A DNA stretch of 64,000 bases from Candidatus Enterousia sp. (GCA_045612805.1 JAZKZR010000007.1:20591-84590); one strand, 5' to 3'. Counted from the first letter of the stretch, positions 47,430-57,656 are shown. A program made the numbers and translations. Notes: a model not told the origin generated them from the sequence alone.

Positions 47430-49940
47430 ATGGCCGACAAAAGTAAACTAACCCCCGTAATGCAACAATATGTGGATTTTAAGTCCGAAAATCCCGATGC
47501 GTTGCTTATGTTCCGGCTTGGCGATTTTTATGAATCTTTTTTCGAAGATGCGAAAACAATAAGTGCGAAATTGGGTTTGGTTCTCACATCGCGCGGAACG
47601 GACGGCGACGGTGCGGATATTCCAATGTGCGGTATTCCATGGCATGCGGCGGAAAGTTATTTTGGGCGCCTTGTGCGGATGGGGTATAAACTTGCGCTGG
47701 TTGAACAAATGGAAACCCCGGCCCAGGCCAAAGAACGCGGACACAAATTTATCGAACGCAAAATCACACGCGTTTTAACGCCGGGAACACTTACCGATGA
47801 AAATTTGTTGTCGCCGAAAAGTGCGAATTTCCTGGTGGCGATTGTGCGTGTGGCGCATGAAAGTTTTGACTTTGCGGGGTGCGATATTTCAACGGGTGAA
47901 TTCTTTGTTGGTCGCACGGATGATGTTATCGATGACTTGGTTCGAATATCGCCGGCGGAAATTATTTATCCGGCATCGGACGCGGAATATGAAACGGTTT
48001 TGCATATTCGTGATATGTTCAAATCAACGCCAGTGTTCGATAAAATTTATCGCCGCGGGGATATAGATACGATTATCGGCGCGGTCTTTTCGGGCGCGCG
48101 CGCCGAAGAAACAAAAGAAAATGTTGCAATTGGATTGTTGGCCGCGTATTTGTTTAATACGCAACGTGGTGCGGCGCTGACTTTCCGTGCGCTGTATAAA
48201 TTTAATGCCGGCGCGCAACTTTTGGTTGATTCCGCAACATGGAAAAGTTTAGAAATTGATTCCGCCATAAACGATGGTGGGCGTTGTTTGTTGGATGTAT
48301 TGGACAATACGAAAACCGCGGCGGGCGGGCGAAAATTGCGCGCATATTTGCGTAATCTTTCGGCGGACGCGGTGGAAATAAAAAACCGCCAGAATCACAT
48401 AGAACACATGGTTTTGAATTCTGATTGTCGCGCGATGGTGGGCGATGCATTGGCGCGGGTGCCGGATGTTGGGCGTGCATTGTCGCGGTTGTTGGCGGGG
48501 CGCGGCACGCCGCGTGATATGCGACATGTATGCGATTTTTTGATTGAAATTCCGAACCTTAAAATGATTGGAACGCGGCTTAGTGCCGGTCTTGCCGCAC
48601 GCACAGAAACCATATGTGCGCATGATGAATTGGCGATAAAATTGCGGTCGGCATTGGTTGATGATTTGCCAACGTTTTTCCGTGACGGTGGTGTGATTCG
48701 TGACGGGTTTGATATGGCACTTGATAATATGCGGCGCCTGTCGCACGGGGCCCAGGAAACAATCGCCGCAATGCAGGCGGAATATGCCACGCAAACGGGC
48801 ATAAACACACTGAAAATAAAATTCAACAATGTTATCGGGTATTTCATAGAGGTTCCCGCCGCCAAGGCAACGCCACTGATGCAACCGGAATCTGGGTTTA
48901 TACATCGGCAAACATTGGTTGGTAATGTGCGGTTCACGACATCGCGCCTTGTGGAATTGGATAACGATATTCGTTCCGCAACGGACAAGGCCGCGGCCAT
49001 AGAATCAGATTTAATCGAAAAACTTATTACGGAAATACGCGCCGTTGCCGATGATATCTTGGCGGCGGCGGATGTGTTTGCGGATTTGGATGTATGGTGC
49101 ACATTGGCGAATTGTGCAACCGAATGGGAATGGTCGCGTCCGGAAATTACGAACGGAAATGAATTTGAAATCGTTGGTGGTCGCCACCCGGTGATTGAAA
49201 GCGCGCTGCGTGAACACGGAAATAATTTTGTTAAAAACGATTGCAATTTGAATGAACAATCGGTTGCGTTGCTCACCGGTCCGAATATGGCGGGAAAGTC
49301 CACGTATTTGCGCCAAAACGCGTTGTTGGTGGTGCTGGCGCACATGGGGTCGTTTGTGCCGGCGACGCGTGCAAAAATCGGTATTTGTGACCAGTTATTT
49401 AGTCGCGTTGGCGCTTCGGATAACCTGGCCGCGGGGCAATCGACATTTATGGTTGAAATGGGCGAAACCGCGAACATTTTGCGCCGTGCAACACCGCGTT
49501 CGTTTATAATTTTTGATGAAATTGGCCGTGGTACCGCAACATACGACGGCATGGCCATTGCCCAGGCGGTTCTTGAATACCTAAATACATTGGGCGCGCG
49601 AACATTATTTGCGACACATTATCATGAATTGACGGCGCGCGTCGCGGCAAACGGTGGCGAATTGCAAAATGTGTCGTGTTTAACGATTGATGTTCGTGAG
49701 CATAATAATGAAATCATCTTTATGCACCGCATTGTTCCCGGCGTGGCAAGTCGTTCGTACGGTATCCATGTTGCGAAAATGGCGGGTATGCCGGAATCGG
49801 TCGTTGCGCGCGCGGAAAGTGTGTTGTCGGCCTTAGAGCAGGGCACCCCCCAGCAATCGCATGTTGCACCGACAAGGTCGAAATCGTCCGTGCCGATGGC
49901 ACATTCGCCGGAAAAGCCGCAGTTATCATTGTTTGAATAA
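47430..49940 (+). CDS. mutS: DNA mismatch repair protein MutS
   Basis: TPVMQQY, FRLGDFYE.F, PMCGIP.HA, TGPNMAGKSTYLRQ, STFMVEM, DEIGRGT, FATHYHEL, SYGIHVA. Confidence 0.98.
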   Translation: MADKSKLTPVMQQYVDFKSENPDALLMFRLGDFYESFFEDAKTISAKLGLVLTSRGTDGDGADIPMCGIPWHAAESYFGRLVRMGYKLALVEQMETPAQAKERGHKFIERKITRVLTPGTLTDENLLSPKSANFLVAIVRVAHESFDFAGCDISTGEFFVGRTDDVIDDLVRISPAEIIYPASDAEYETVLHIRDMFKSTPVFDKIYRRGDIDTIIGAVFSGARAEETKENVAIGLLAAYLFNTQRGAALTFRALYKFNAGAQLLVDSATWKSLEIDSAINDGGRCLLDVLDNTKTAAGGRKLRAYLRNLSADAVEIKNRQNHIEHMVLNSDCRAMVGDALARVPDVGRALSRLLAGRGTPRDMRHVCDFLIEIPNLKMIGTRLSAGLAARTETICAHDELAIKLRSALVDDLPTFFRDGGVIRDGFDMALDNMRRLSHGAQETIAAMQAEYATQTGINTLKIKFNNVIGYFIEVPAAKATPLMQPESGFIHRQTLVGNVRFTTSRLVELDNDIRSATDKAAAIESDLIEKLITEIRAVADDILAAADVFADLDVWCTLANCATEWEWSRPEITNGNEFEIVGGRHPVIESALREHGNNFVKNDCNLNEQSVALLTGPNMAGKSTYLRQNALLVVLAHMGSFVPATRAKIGICDQLFSRVGASDNLAAGQSTFMVEMGETANILRRATPRSFIIFDEIGRGTATYDGMAIAQAVLEYLNTLGARTLFATHYHELTARVAANGGELQNVSCLTIDVREHNNEIIFMHRIVPGVASRSYGIHVAKMAGMPESVVARAESVLSALEQGTPQQSHVAPTRSKSSVPMAHSPEKPQLSLFE

Positions 49941-49950
49941 AGGGTCAAAT

Positions 49951-50820
49951 ATGGACGGCTTTATAATCTTGGACAAACCATCAGGCATGTTTTCAAAGAC
50001 CGCCGCCGCCCGCGCCACAAAAATTTTCGGCACAAAAAAGAACGGCCATATTGGCACATTGGACCCAATGGCGTCGGGCGTATTGCCGGTGGCAATTGGA
50101 AACGCCACGAAAATGATTCCTTTTATCGAAGAATTCTGTGACCGAACCAAGGAATATCTGTTTACTGTGCAATTTGGGTTTGAAACGGATACATTGGATA
50201 TAACCGGCGCCGAAACAAACCGCACCGATATTGTTCCTGATGAATCCGCCGTTCGCGCCACATTGCATAAATTTATCGGTCACATAAAACAAATTCCACC
50301 CATATACAGTGCGGTCCACATTTCGGGCGTGCGTGCATACGAATTGGCGCGTGCGGGTAAAAAACCCGAAATTCCCGCGCGTGATGTGGACATATATGAA
50401 TTAGAATTGACGGGTATTGACGGCAAAAATTGGAATTTTCGTATGCGTTGCGCCCCCGGCACATATGTGCGCAGTGTTGCGCGCGACATCGCCCGCGCGT
50501 GCGGAACGGTTGCAACGGTCACCATGATTCGCCGCACCCGGACCAGTGGTTGGACAATAAAAAACGCGGTGACACTTGATTTCTTGGAAAATTTGTTTAA
50601 TAATGGCGGGGACACGGGTAAATACCTGATGCCGGTGGATTCGGGACTGGGGGACATTCCGGTTTTGAATCTGAATGATAAAACTTGTCGTTTATATAAA
50701 AATGGCGGGTTTATCGATATGGTGGTCGCAAACGGAACATATCGTGTGTATTCTGGTGAAAAATTCGTTGGAATTGGCACGGTTGAATCGAACGTGTTGC
50801 GCCCAAAACGAACAATTTAA
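49951..50820 (+). CDS. truB: tRNA pseudouridine(55) synthase TruB
   Basis: GHIGTLDPMASGVL, PPIYSA, GTYVRS..RD; start MDGFII at 49951. Confidence 0.96.
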   Translation: MDGFIILDKPSGMFSKTAAARATKIFGTKKNGHIGTLDPMASGVLPVAIGNATKMIPFIEEFCDRTKEYLFTVQFGFETDTLDITGAETNRTDIVPDESAVRATLHKFIGHIKQIPPIYSAVHISGVRAYELARAGKKPEIPARDVDIYELELTGIDGKNWNFRMRCAPGTYVRSVARDIARACGTVATVTMIRRTRTSGWTIKNAVTLDFLENLFNNGGDTGKYLMPVDSGLGDIPVLNLNDKTCRLYKNGGFIDMVVANGTYRVYSGEKFVGIGTVESNVLRPKRTI

Positions 50821-50837
50821 GATAAAGGAAAAAAACA

Positions 50838-51110
50838 ATGTCCATAACAAAGACAAAAAAAACAGAAATCATAAACGCATTTAAAACCAGTGACAAGGAT
50901 AACGGTGGTTCCGTGGAATCTCAGGTTGCGGTTTTAACCGAACGCATTCGCAACTTGACGGAACATATGAAAAATAACCACAAAGACGAACACTCTAAAC
51001 GTGGTTTGTTGTTGATGGTGAATCGTCGCAAGAAATTACTTGCATACATCAAAAAACGCAATCCTGAAAAATACGAAGAACTTATTAAAAAATTGGGTCT
51101 GCGTAAATAA
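50838..51110 (+). CDS. rpsO: 30S ribosomal protein S15
   Basis: [21 protein letters not shown]...HKD.HS.RGLL.MV..R..LL.Y. Confidence 0.97.
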   Translation: MSITKTKKTEIINAFKTSDKDNGGSVESQVAVLTERIRNLTEHMKNNHKDEHSKRGLLLMVNRRKKLLAYIKKRNPEKYEELIKKLGLRK

Positions 51111-51113
51111 GAA

Positions 51114-51143
51114 ATTCGGTCGGCATTCGCCGACCGTTTTTCA
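51114..51143 (+). terminator. rpsO terminator
   Basis: CGGTCGGC-attc-GCCGACCG-TTTTT. Confidence 0.8.
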
Positions 51144-51160
51144 ATCTGTGTATAATTTAT

Positions 51161-51265
51161 TTGCAAAAGAATAAAAATATCGTATAATCCCACGCGGCGA
51201 AGAAAGAATTGTTCATTCTTGCATTTTGCACCCGGAATGCAAAAACGAATAATTTTTCTTCGCGG
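51161..51265 (+). promoter_or_regulatory. pnp promoter and long 5' leader hairpin
   Basis: TTGCAA-16-TATAAT (51161-51188); arms CGAAGAAA..AATTGTTC..TTGCATT and AATGCAA..GAATAATT..TTTCTTCG. Confidence 0.6.
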
Positions 51266-51300
51266 AATAAAAAATAAACTGATAAATATGGAGAAAAATT

Positions 51301-53472
51301 ATGTCAGAAAAAAAGTTAAACAACCCGGTTGTGGTTGAAATACCGTATGGTGATGAAACATTAAAATTGGAAACGGGCCGCTTGGCCAAACAGGCAACCG
51401 GCGCGGTTTTGGCAACGATGGGCGAAACAATGGTCTTGGCCACCGTGTGCGCGGAAAAGACCGCCGTCGAAGGTCAGGATTTTTTCCCACTTACCGTTGA
51501 TTACCAGGAAAAATTTGCGTCCGCCGGTCGTATTCCGGGGTCGCGTGACCGCCGTGAAGGCAAGGCCAGCATGGGCGAAACATTGATTGCGCGTCTTATT
51601 GACCGCCCAATTCGTCCATTGTTCCCGGAAACATTTAAGAACAAGGTTCAAGTCGTAGCCCAGGTTTTTTCATACGACCGTAAAAATCAACCTGATATTT
51701 TGGCAATGATTGCGTCCAGTGCGGCGTTGGCGTTGTCTGGGGTGCCGTTTGCGGGTCCAATTGGTGCGGCGCGTGTCGGATATAAAAATGGTAAATACAT
51801 TTTGAATCCGTCCGCCAAAGAAGTTGAAGATTCCGAAATGGATTTGGTTGTTGCGGCGACCAAGGATGGCGTGTTGATGGTTGAATCTGAAATCGGCGAA
51901 TTGGACGAGGCAACAACCCTTGGCGCCGTGAAATTCGGGTTTGACGCACAACAAACGGTTATCAAGGCAATCAACGATTTAACCGCCAAGGCCGGCAAAG
52001 ACCGTTGGGCAATTCCGGAAAAAACACCGGAATATGTCGAAATGGAAAAACGTTTCGAACAATTCGCGCCGGAAATCGAAAAGGCATTGGGAATTAAGGA
52101 AAAATTGGTTCGTCTTGAAACACTGGGCGATATCCATGCGGCGGCGAAAGCACTAATTCCGGAAATGTTCCCCGATACGGTGGTTGCAACATTGACATTG
52201 GAATCGTTCGCGGACGAAATTGTTGAAAACATTACCGCGCGCATTATGCGTTCGAATATCTTGGCGGGTCGGCCGCGTATCGATGGCCGCGACACGAAAA
52301 CCGTTCGTCCGATTGAAATCGAATTGGGTGTGTTGCCACGCGCACATGGTTCCGCATTGTTCACGCGTGGCGAAACCCAGGCGTTGGTGTCATTGACACT
52401 TGGCGGTGGCAAGGACGCATTACCACTTGAAACATTGGACGGTGATGCGGAACGCGAATTTATATTGAATTACAATTTTCCGGGATTTTCGGTTGGCGAA
52501 GCCAAAGGGTTGCGCGCGCCGGGTCGTCGTGAAATTGGTCATGGAAACCTTGCGTGGCGCGCGGTTCATCCAATGGTGCCGTCACGCAAAGAATTTGACT
52601 ATGTAATTCGTATTTGTTCCGATATTTTGGAATCGAACGGTTCGTCATCTATGGCGACAACATGTGGTGCGACACTTGCCATGATGGACGGCGGTGTTCC
52701 GATGAAACGCCCGGTCGCTGGTATCGCAATGGGACTTATTAAGGAAGGTGACGATTACGCAATCTTGACCGATATCTTGGGTGACGAAGACCACCTTGGC
52801 GATATGGATTTCAAGGTGACCGGAACCGACCGCGGTGTCACGGCGTTGCAAATGGATATCAAGATTACATCTATCACTTTTGAAATTATGGAACGCGCAC
52901 TGGCCCAGGCAAAGGACGGCCGTATGCACATACTTGGTAAAATTACGGACGCAATCAACAAGCCGCGCGACCATGTGTCACAGTATGCACCGCAACTTTA
53001 CACGATAAAGATAAATCCGGACAAGATTCGCGATGTTATCGGCAAGGGCGGCGTTGTGATTCAGGCGATTACACGTGATACAAACACAACGATTGATTTG
53101 GAAGACGATGGCACGGTCAAGATTCTTGCGGTGACAAAAGAAGATGCGAATGCCGCGATTGCTAAGATAAAAGAAATCGTTGCCGAACCGGAAGAGGGCG
53201 TTATTTACCACGGCACGGTCACCGGTGTCAAAGATTTTGGTATCTTTGTCCGTATCCTAAGCGGATTTGAAGCGATGGTTCATATTTCTGAAATCACCGG
53301 CAAGCATCTGAAAAAAATCGAAGATGCGAACCTTAAAGAAGGTGACGAGGTTTATGTGAAATATACCGGTATCGATAAACGCGGTAAAACACGGTTTTCA
53401 ATGGTTGGAATCGACCAAAAAACCGGGAAAGAGGTTGAAGAAACCAAAGAAGAACCAAAAGAAGAAAAATAA
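51301..53472 (+). CDS. pnp: Polyribonucleotide nucleotidyltransferase (PNPase)
   Basis: FFPLTVDYQEK, RRE, HGSALFTRGETQ, RREIGHG, ESNGSSSMA, GDMDFKVTGT, KH and S1 domains. Confidence 0.98.
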   Translation: MSEKKLNNPVVVEIPYGDETLKLETGRLAKQATGAVLATMGETMVLATVCAEKTAVEGQDFFPLTVDYQEKFASAGRIPGSRDRREGKASMGETLIARLIDRPIRPLFPETFKNKVQVVAQVFSYDRKNQPDILAMIASSAALALSGVPFAGPIGAARVGYKNGKYILNPSAKEVEDSEMDLVVAATKDGVLMVESEIGELDEATTLGAVKFGFDAQQTVIKAINDLTAKAGKDRWAIPEKTPEYVEMEKRFEQFAPEIEKALGIKEKLVRLETLGDIHAAAKALIPEMFPDTVVATLTLESFADEIVENITARIMRSNILAGRPRIDGRDTKTVRPIEIELGVLPRAHGSALFTRGETQALVSLTLGGGKDALPLETLDGDAEREFILNYNFPGFSVGEAKGLRAPGRREIGHGNLAWRAVHPMVPSRKEFDYVIRICSDILESNGSSSMATTCGATLAMMDGGVPMKRPVAGIAMGLIKEGDDYAILTDILGDEDHLGDMDFKVTGTDRGVTALQMDIKITSITFEIMERALAQAKDGRMHILGKITDAINKPRDHVSQYAPQLYTIKINPDKIRDVIGKGGVVIQAITRDTNTTIDLEDDGTVKILAVTKEDANAAIAKIKEIVAEPEEGVIYHGTVTGVKDFGIFVRILSGFEAMVHISEITGKHLKKIEDANLKEGDEVYVKYTGIDKRGKTRFSMVGIDQKTGKEVEETKEEPKEEK

Positions 53473-53499
53473 AAATTCCGGTCACACGACCGGAATTTT
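53473..53499 (+). terminator. pnp terminator
   Basis: AAATTCCGGTC-acac-GACCGGAATTTT. Confidence 0.8.
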
Positions 53500-53523
53500 A
53501 TCCCAATTAAGTAAGGAAATAAA

Positions 53524-53829
53524 ATGGATATGGAATCTTTGATGACCCAGGCGGGCGAATTACAGGCCAAAGTTGCCGCCGCCCAGGAAAAGTTGGGTGG
53601 TATGCATGTCAAGGGTCTTGCCGCCGGTGGCGCGTGCATTGTTGATATGTCGGGGAAATACGATATAAATTCAGTAACGATAAATCCGGCCTTGCTGGCC
53701 CAGGGCGCACCGGCGGTGGAAAACGCCGTTTTGTCGGCGATGCGCGACGCGAAACAAAAAGCGGATACATTGATTGACGATGTTATGTCGGACGCCACGG
53801 CGGGCATGCCGATGCCGAATATGGGCTAG
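53524..53829 (+). CDS. YbaB/EbfC nucleoid-associated protein
   Basis: LM.QA..LQ.K....QE.L, G.A.GG...V...G, I.P.LL pattern; near dnaX. Confidence 0.85.
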   Translation: MDMESLMTQAGELQAKVAAAQEKLGGMHVKGLAAGGACIVDMSGKYDINSVTINPALLAQGAPAVENAVLSAMRDAKQKADTLIDDVMSDATAGMPMPNMG

Positions 53830-53877
53830 TTTTTCACTGGACAATCATAAAAATATAAAATATGATTGCAAAAGTTC

Positions 53878-53954
53878 GGATGTTTAGCTCAGTTGGCTAG
53901 AGCATCTGCTTTACACGCAGAGGGTCAGGGGTTCGAGTCCCTTAACATCCACCA
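53878..53954 (+). tRNA. tRNA-Val(TAC)
   Basis: GGATGTT acceptor stem, anticodon arm TCTGC-TTTACAC-GCAGA, T loop GTTCGAG, encoded ACCA. Confidence 0.97.
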
Positions 53955-53964
53955 CAACAATTTG

Positions 53965-54180
53965 TTAACCTGCGCCATAAAAGCGCAGGTTTAAAAATTG
54001 TTAGTGCCGCGGCGGAGTGCGCAAAGCGCACGAAGACGGGCCGGATTCCAAATAATCGGCTTGGCCTACAGATACCATACCGACGCCTGTGTTACGAAGC
54101 TTTAGCGAAGTGGCAAAGGCGGACTCGAACATATTTAACCTGCGCCATAAAAGCGCACGGATAATCACTAACACTAACAC
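53965..54180. repeat. Repeat cassette: 23 bp direct repeats enclosing two palindromes
   Basis: TTAACCTGCGCCATAAAAGCGCA at 53965-53987 and 54135-54157; palindromes at 54007-54039 and 54091-54114; CACTAA tandem at 54166-54180. Confidence 0.75.
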
Positions 54181-54228
54181 TTGAATTTTTATAAACATTT
54201 GCTATTCTTTGCGCAAAGGAAAGACGTC

Positions 54229-55755
54229 ATGGATACCAGTTATACAGTTCTTGCGCGAAAATACCGCAGTCAAGATTTTGAATCTCTTATCGGCCAAGAT
54301 GTTTTGGTTAAAACACTAACGACCGCAATCAAAACGGGGCGCATCGCGCATGCGTATATTTTTACCGGGATTCGCGGAACGGGCAAAACCAGTACCGCGC
54401 GTATTTTGGCCAAGGCGTTAAATTGCCTGTCGTCCGATGGTCCAACGGCAACGCCGTGCGGAAAATGTGAAAATTGTCGCGCAATTGCCGCGGGGCAACA
54501 TATTGATGTTTTGGAAATCGACGCGGCGTCGCACACCGGCGTTGATAATATGCGCGAAATTTTGGATGCCGCACAGTATCGTCCCACAAACGGCCGCTAC
54601 AAGGTTTATATCATCGACGAAGTTCATATGTTGTCGTCCAGTGCGTTTAACGCATTGCTTAAAACACTAGAAGAACCGCCGGCGCATGTTATATTTATTT
54701 TGGCAACGACCGAAATACGCAAGGTCCCCGTCACGATTCTTTCACGGTGCCAACGGTTTGATTTGGTGCGTGTTCCGGTTGATACACTTAAAAAACATTT
54801 TGCGTGGATTGCGGAACAAGAACATGTCGAACTTAGTGACGCGGCAAATGAATTACTTGCGCGGGCGGCGGATGGTTCGGTACGTGATGGGCTTTCGTTG
54901 CTTGACCAGGCGATTGCCCAAACCGGCGGAAACGTCGATGAAAAATCAGTAATGGATATGTTAAAGCGCGCGGACCGCGGCGTTGTTGTTGACTTTATGC
55001 AGACGATTTTATCCGGGAATGTTTCGGCGGCACTTGCCAAAACAGACGAAATTTATACCAATGGCGCGGATTTAACAATGCTGATGACCGATATGATGGA
55101 ATGGGTTCATTGGGCAACGCGTATGCACCCCGTTCTGCGCGCCGGCGACAGCAATCATGTCCCATATACCGCCGACCAACGCGAACGCATAAATGAAATA
55201 AACAAACATGTATCGTTGAACACACTTTCCCGTATTTGGCAGGTTTTGGTTGCATCCGTTCCCGAAATGGCGGCGGCAACGAATCAAAAACAATGTTTTG
55301 ATATGTTGGTGATTCGCTTAATGCATATTGCGGATATGCCGTCGTTGCCAGATATTTTGAAAAACGAAAGAACGGAAACCCCGCGTCCCGCGCCGGTCGT
55401 TTCAACGCCAAAGAAATTGGAAATTCGTTCGGCGTCTGAATTGGCGGACGCACTGGAAAATGCGCGTGAAATGTTGCTTTATTCATACTTTACGAAAAAT
55501 ATAGAGGTTTCTGATTTTTCCGGCACACACATATCGTATTTTGACCGTGCGAACGATGCGGATTTTCAACCGAAACTGGTGCGATGGCTAAATGACAAGA
55601 CGGGCGAAAATTGGGTTATTGAACGGATTGAAAAATCGGAACAAAATCAAACTGTTGGTGAACAAGAATTGGCGGCGGCGGAATCTGACCCAATGGTTGC
55701 GGATGCAATGTCGCTGTTTGATGGCGCGGAAATTGTCGGTATATCAAAACAGTAA
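54229..55755 (+). CDS. dnaX: DNA polymerase III subunit gamma/tau
   Basis: VLARKYR, GIRGTGKTSTAR, Zn motif C...PCGKCENC, EIDAAS, IIDEVHMLS, LLKTLEEPP, SRCQRF. Confidence 0.97.
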   Translation: MDTSYTVLARKYRSQDFESLIGQDVLVKTLTTAIKTGRIAHAYIFTGIRGTGKTSTARILAKALNCLSSDGPTATPCGKCENCRAIAAGQHIDVLEIDAASHTGVDNMREILDAAQYRPTNGRYKVYIIDEVHMLSSSAFNALLKTLEEPPAHVIFILATTEIRKVPVTILSRCQRFDLVRVPVDTLKKHFAWIAEQEHVELSDAANELLARAADGSVRDGLSLLDQAIAQTGGNVDEKSVMDMLKRADRGVVVDFMQTILSGNVSAALAKTDEIYTNGADLTMLMTDMMEWVHWATRMHPVLRAGDSNHVPYTADQRERINEINKHVSLNTLSRIWQVLVASVPEMAAATNQKQCFDMLVIRLMHIADMPSLPDILKNERTETPRPAPVVSTPKKLEIRSASELADALENAREMLLYSYFTKNIEVSDFSGTHISYFDRANDADFQPKLVRWLNDKTGENWVIERIEKSEQNQTVGEQELAAAESDPMVADAMSLFDGAEIVGISKQ

Positions 55756-55780
55756 ACAAGAAAGCAAAAAAGGGGGGAAA

Positions 55781-56236
55781 ATGAAAAACGAATCGGGGCG
55801 TTCACTTATTGAAATTATTGGTGTGTTGGCGGTGACCGCGGTTATGACGGCGGGCGCGGTTGCGATTTATAATTCTGTGCGCCGGAACCAACAAAATACT
55901 ATCGCCGCCGCGACATTACGTGAAGTGGCCAAAGATATAAATATGCTTATGGGTATGCGCAGTGATTATACCGGGATATCGGTTGATTATTTGGTAAAGG
56001 CCGGTGCGCTACAAAAACCGGATGCACCGATTGGCAAATCGTGGGATATCAGTGTTGGAATCGACCGAACAACATTTGTAATAAACCTTTATGGCCTTTC
56101 GCGCGCGGAATGTGAATTCTTTGGCGCGGCGATACCGACATGGGCAACGGAATTTTACATAAACGGATATCGTGCCGAAGAAATTGTAAATTGTTTTTCG
56201 GGAAATGAAAATAATTTATCATTCACAGGAATGTAA
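55781..56236 (+). CDS. Type IV pilin-like protein
   Basis: Class III signal MKNESG|RSLIEIIGVLAVTAVM with Glu at +5; two C-terminal Cys; GGGG RBS; start at 55781. Confidence 0.8.
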   Translation: MKNESGRSLIEIIGVLAVTAVMTAGAVAIYNSVRRNQQNTIAAATLREVAKDINMLMGMRSDYTGISVDYLVKAGALQKPDAPIGKSWDISVGIDRTTFVINLYGLSRAECEFFGAAIPTWATEFYINGYRAEEIVNCFSGNENNLSFTGM

Positions 56237-56237
56237 T

Positions 56238-56915
56238 ATGCAAAAGTTTTGTACCGCAATTTTATCGTTCATTTTGATTGCGGGGTGCGCCGTGTATAAA
56301 AGCCCTGACCGCGCGTCGTGGGGCAATTATTTGCGTGGCGCAAGTTTTACCGATATGACCGAAAGTGCGCGCACCGCCAAGAAACCTATTTACCAAGGTG
56401 CGGGCGGAAAAACGGTGGCGGAAGTTGTCGCGCAATCGGCGGAAATGGAATATGGCGATAAAACACAAAACGAATCGGCGATGTGTGTTGGTTATATGTC
56501 GGAATTGGAAACCGCGCTTTATGACGCGTTGCGTCGCCCGGGATTATCGGTTCAACGCGCCGGTACGGATGTTCTTGTTATTTTGGTGCGTGATGCGATT
56601 ATGGAATTAAATGCGCCGGAAATATCGGCGGATGGTGATGATAATTTATCAACGATTGCGCGAATACTAAAAAAATACGACGCAACATTTATTGAAATTG
56701 CGGGCTATACTGATTCGATGCGCGACACAAATGCGGCGCGTGCGTTTTCTTTGGATATGGCGGAACGCGTTGGTGTTTTCCTCGCCCAACACGGAATAAA
56801 AACATCGCGTATGTTTATTGTCGGGCGCGGTGCGGCGCGCCCAATTGCGGCCCAAGATGAGTGGGGGCGGCTTGCCAATCGTCGCGTGGAATTAAGAATC
56901 TCTCCCGTTCGATAA
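56238..56915 (+). CDS. OmpA-family lipoprotein
   Basis: Lipobox IAGC, IAGYTDS, GRGAARPIA, ANRRVELRI. Confidence 0.85.
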   Translation: MQKFCTAILSFILIAGCAVYKSPDRASWGNYLRGASFTDMTESARTAKKPIYQGAGGKTVAEVVAQSAEMEYGDKTQNESAMCVGYMSELETALYDALRRPGLSVQRAGTDVLVILVRDAIMELNAPEISADGDDNLSTIARILKKYDATFIEIAGYTDSMRDTNAARAFSLDMAERVGVFLAQHGIKTSRMFIVGRGAARPIAAQDEWGRLANRRVELRISPVR

Positions 56916-56993
56916 AAAATAAAAAAATTATCTTTTATTTTTTATTTTTTGTTGTTATAGTCACACCGTCAACAGAACAAAAGGAAGGCAAAA

Positions 56994-57656
56994 ATGAATA
57001 AAACAGGAACCCAGGCCGGGGCATCGGCAAAATATGTTAAATTTGGTATCGTGGCGGTCATTGTAATCGCGGTTGCGGTTATTGGATTGTTCGCGGTAAA
57101 ATCTTTTTCAGGTAAAACGGTCAGTGCGGAATCCGCAATTGACGGCATATCGAGTGAGGCCGTATCTGGTGGCGACCTGCGTATGGCGGTGATTCGTATG
57201 GATGCAATTCAATCGGATGCCAAAGCATTGCAAGACCTGCGTAAACAACGCGAATCGTATGAAGAAAAATTGCGTAGTGAACTTGAAAAAGAACAGAAAG
57301 AATTAGAAAAAGAAAAAGAAGAAATTGAAAAATCCCAAGATGTCCTTTCCCAGGAAGCATTGCAACGTCGCGTTGTTGAATACCAAGGCAAAGTCACAAA
57401 ATTGCAACGTGATTTGACCGAACGTGCACAATCGGTTGACGCCGCGTTCCAAAAGGCGTTGGTTGAAATCCAAGAAAAACACCTTGACCCGATTATCGAA
57501 GCGATAATTGCGAAAAAGAATTTGTCTTTGGTGATTGATGGTCGTTTTGCGCGGACGGGTGCAAATGTTGAAAACCTTGATATCACGGCGGATGTTATCA
57601 ATGCGTTGGATAAAAAGGTTTCGACCGTTAAAATGGACACACCGAAAGGGTTTTAA
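56994..57656 (+). CDS. OmpH/Skp family chaperone-like protein
   Basis: MAVIRMD, long coiled coil, ..AKKNLSLVID..., DITADVINALD; upstream of lpxD. Confidence 0.85.
   Translation: MNKTGTQAGASAKYVKFGIVAVIVIAVAVIGLFAVKSFSGKTVSAESAIDGISSEAVSGGDLRMAVIRMDAIQSDAKALQDLRKQRESYEEKLRSELEKEQKELEKEKEEIEKSQDVLSQEALQRRVVEYQGKVTKLQRDLTERAQSVDAAFQKALVEIQEKHLDPIIEAIIAKKNLSLVIDGRFARTGANVENLDITADVINALDKKVSTVKMDTPKGF

Noticed and set aside
48395-49558. 387 aa ORF antisense to mutS, and similar long antisense ORFs opposite pnp (51687..52412), mreB (30036..30686), infC (46265..47035) and lpxD (58468..59070)
   Set aside because: Shadow frames expected from codon bias of the real genes; no RBS or recognisable motifs
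54229-55755. Programmed -1 frameshift producing the DnaX gamma subunit
   Set aside because: No A AAA AAG slippery site or long A run with a downstream hairpin was seen
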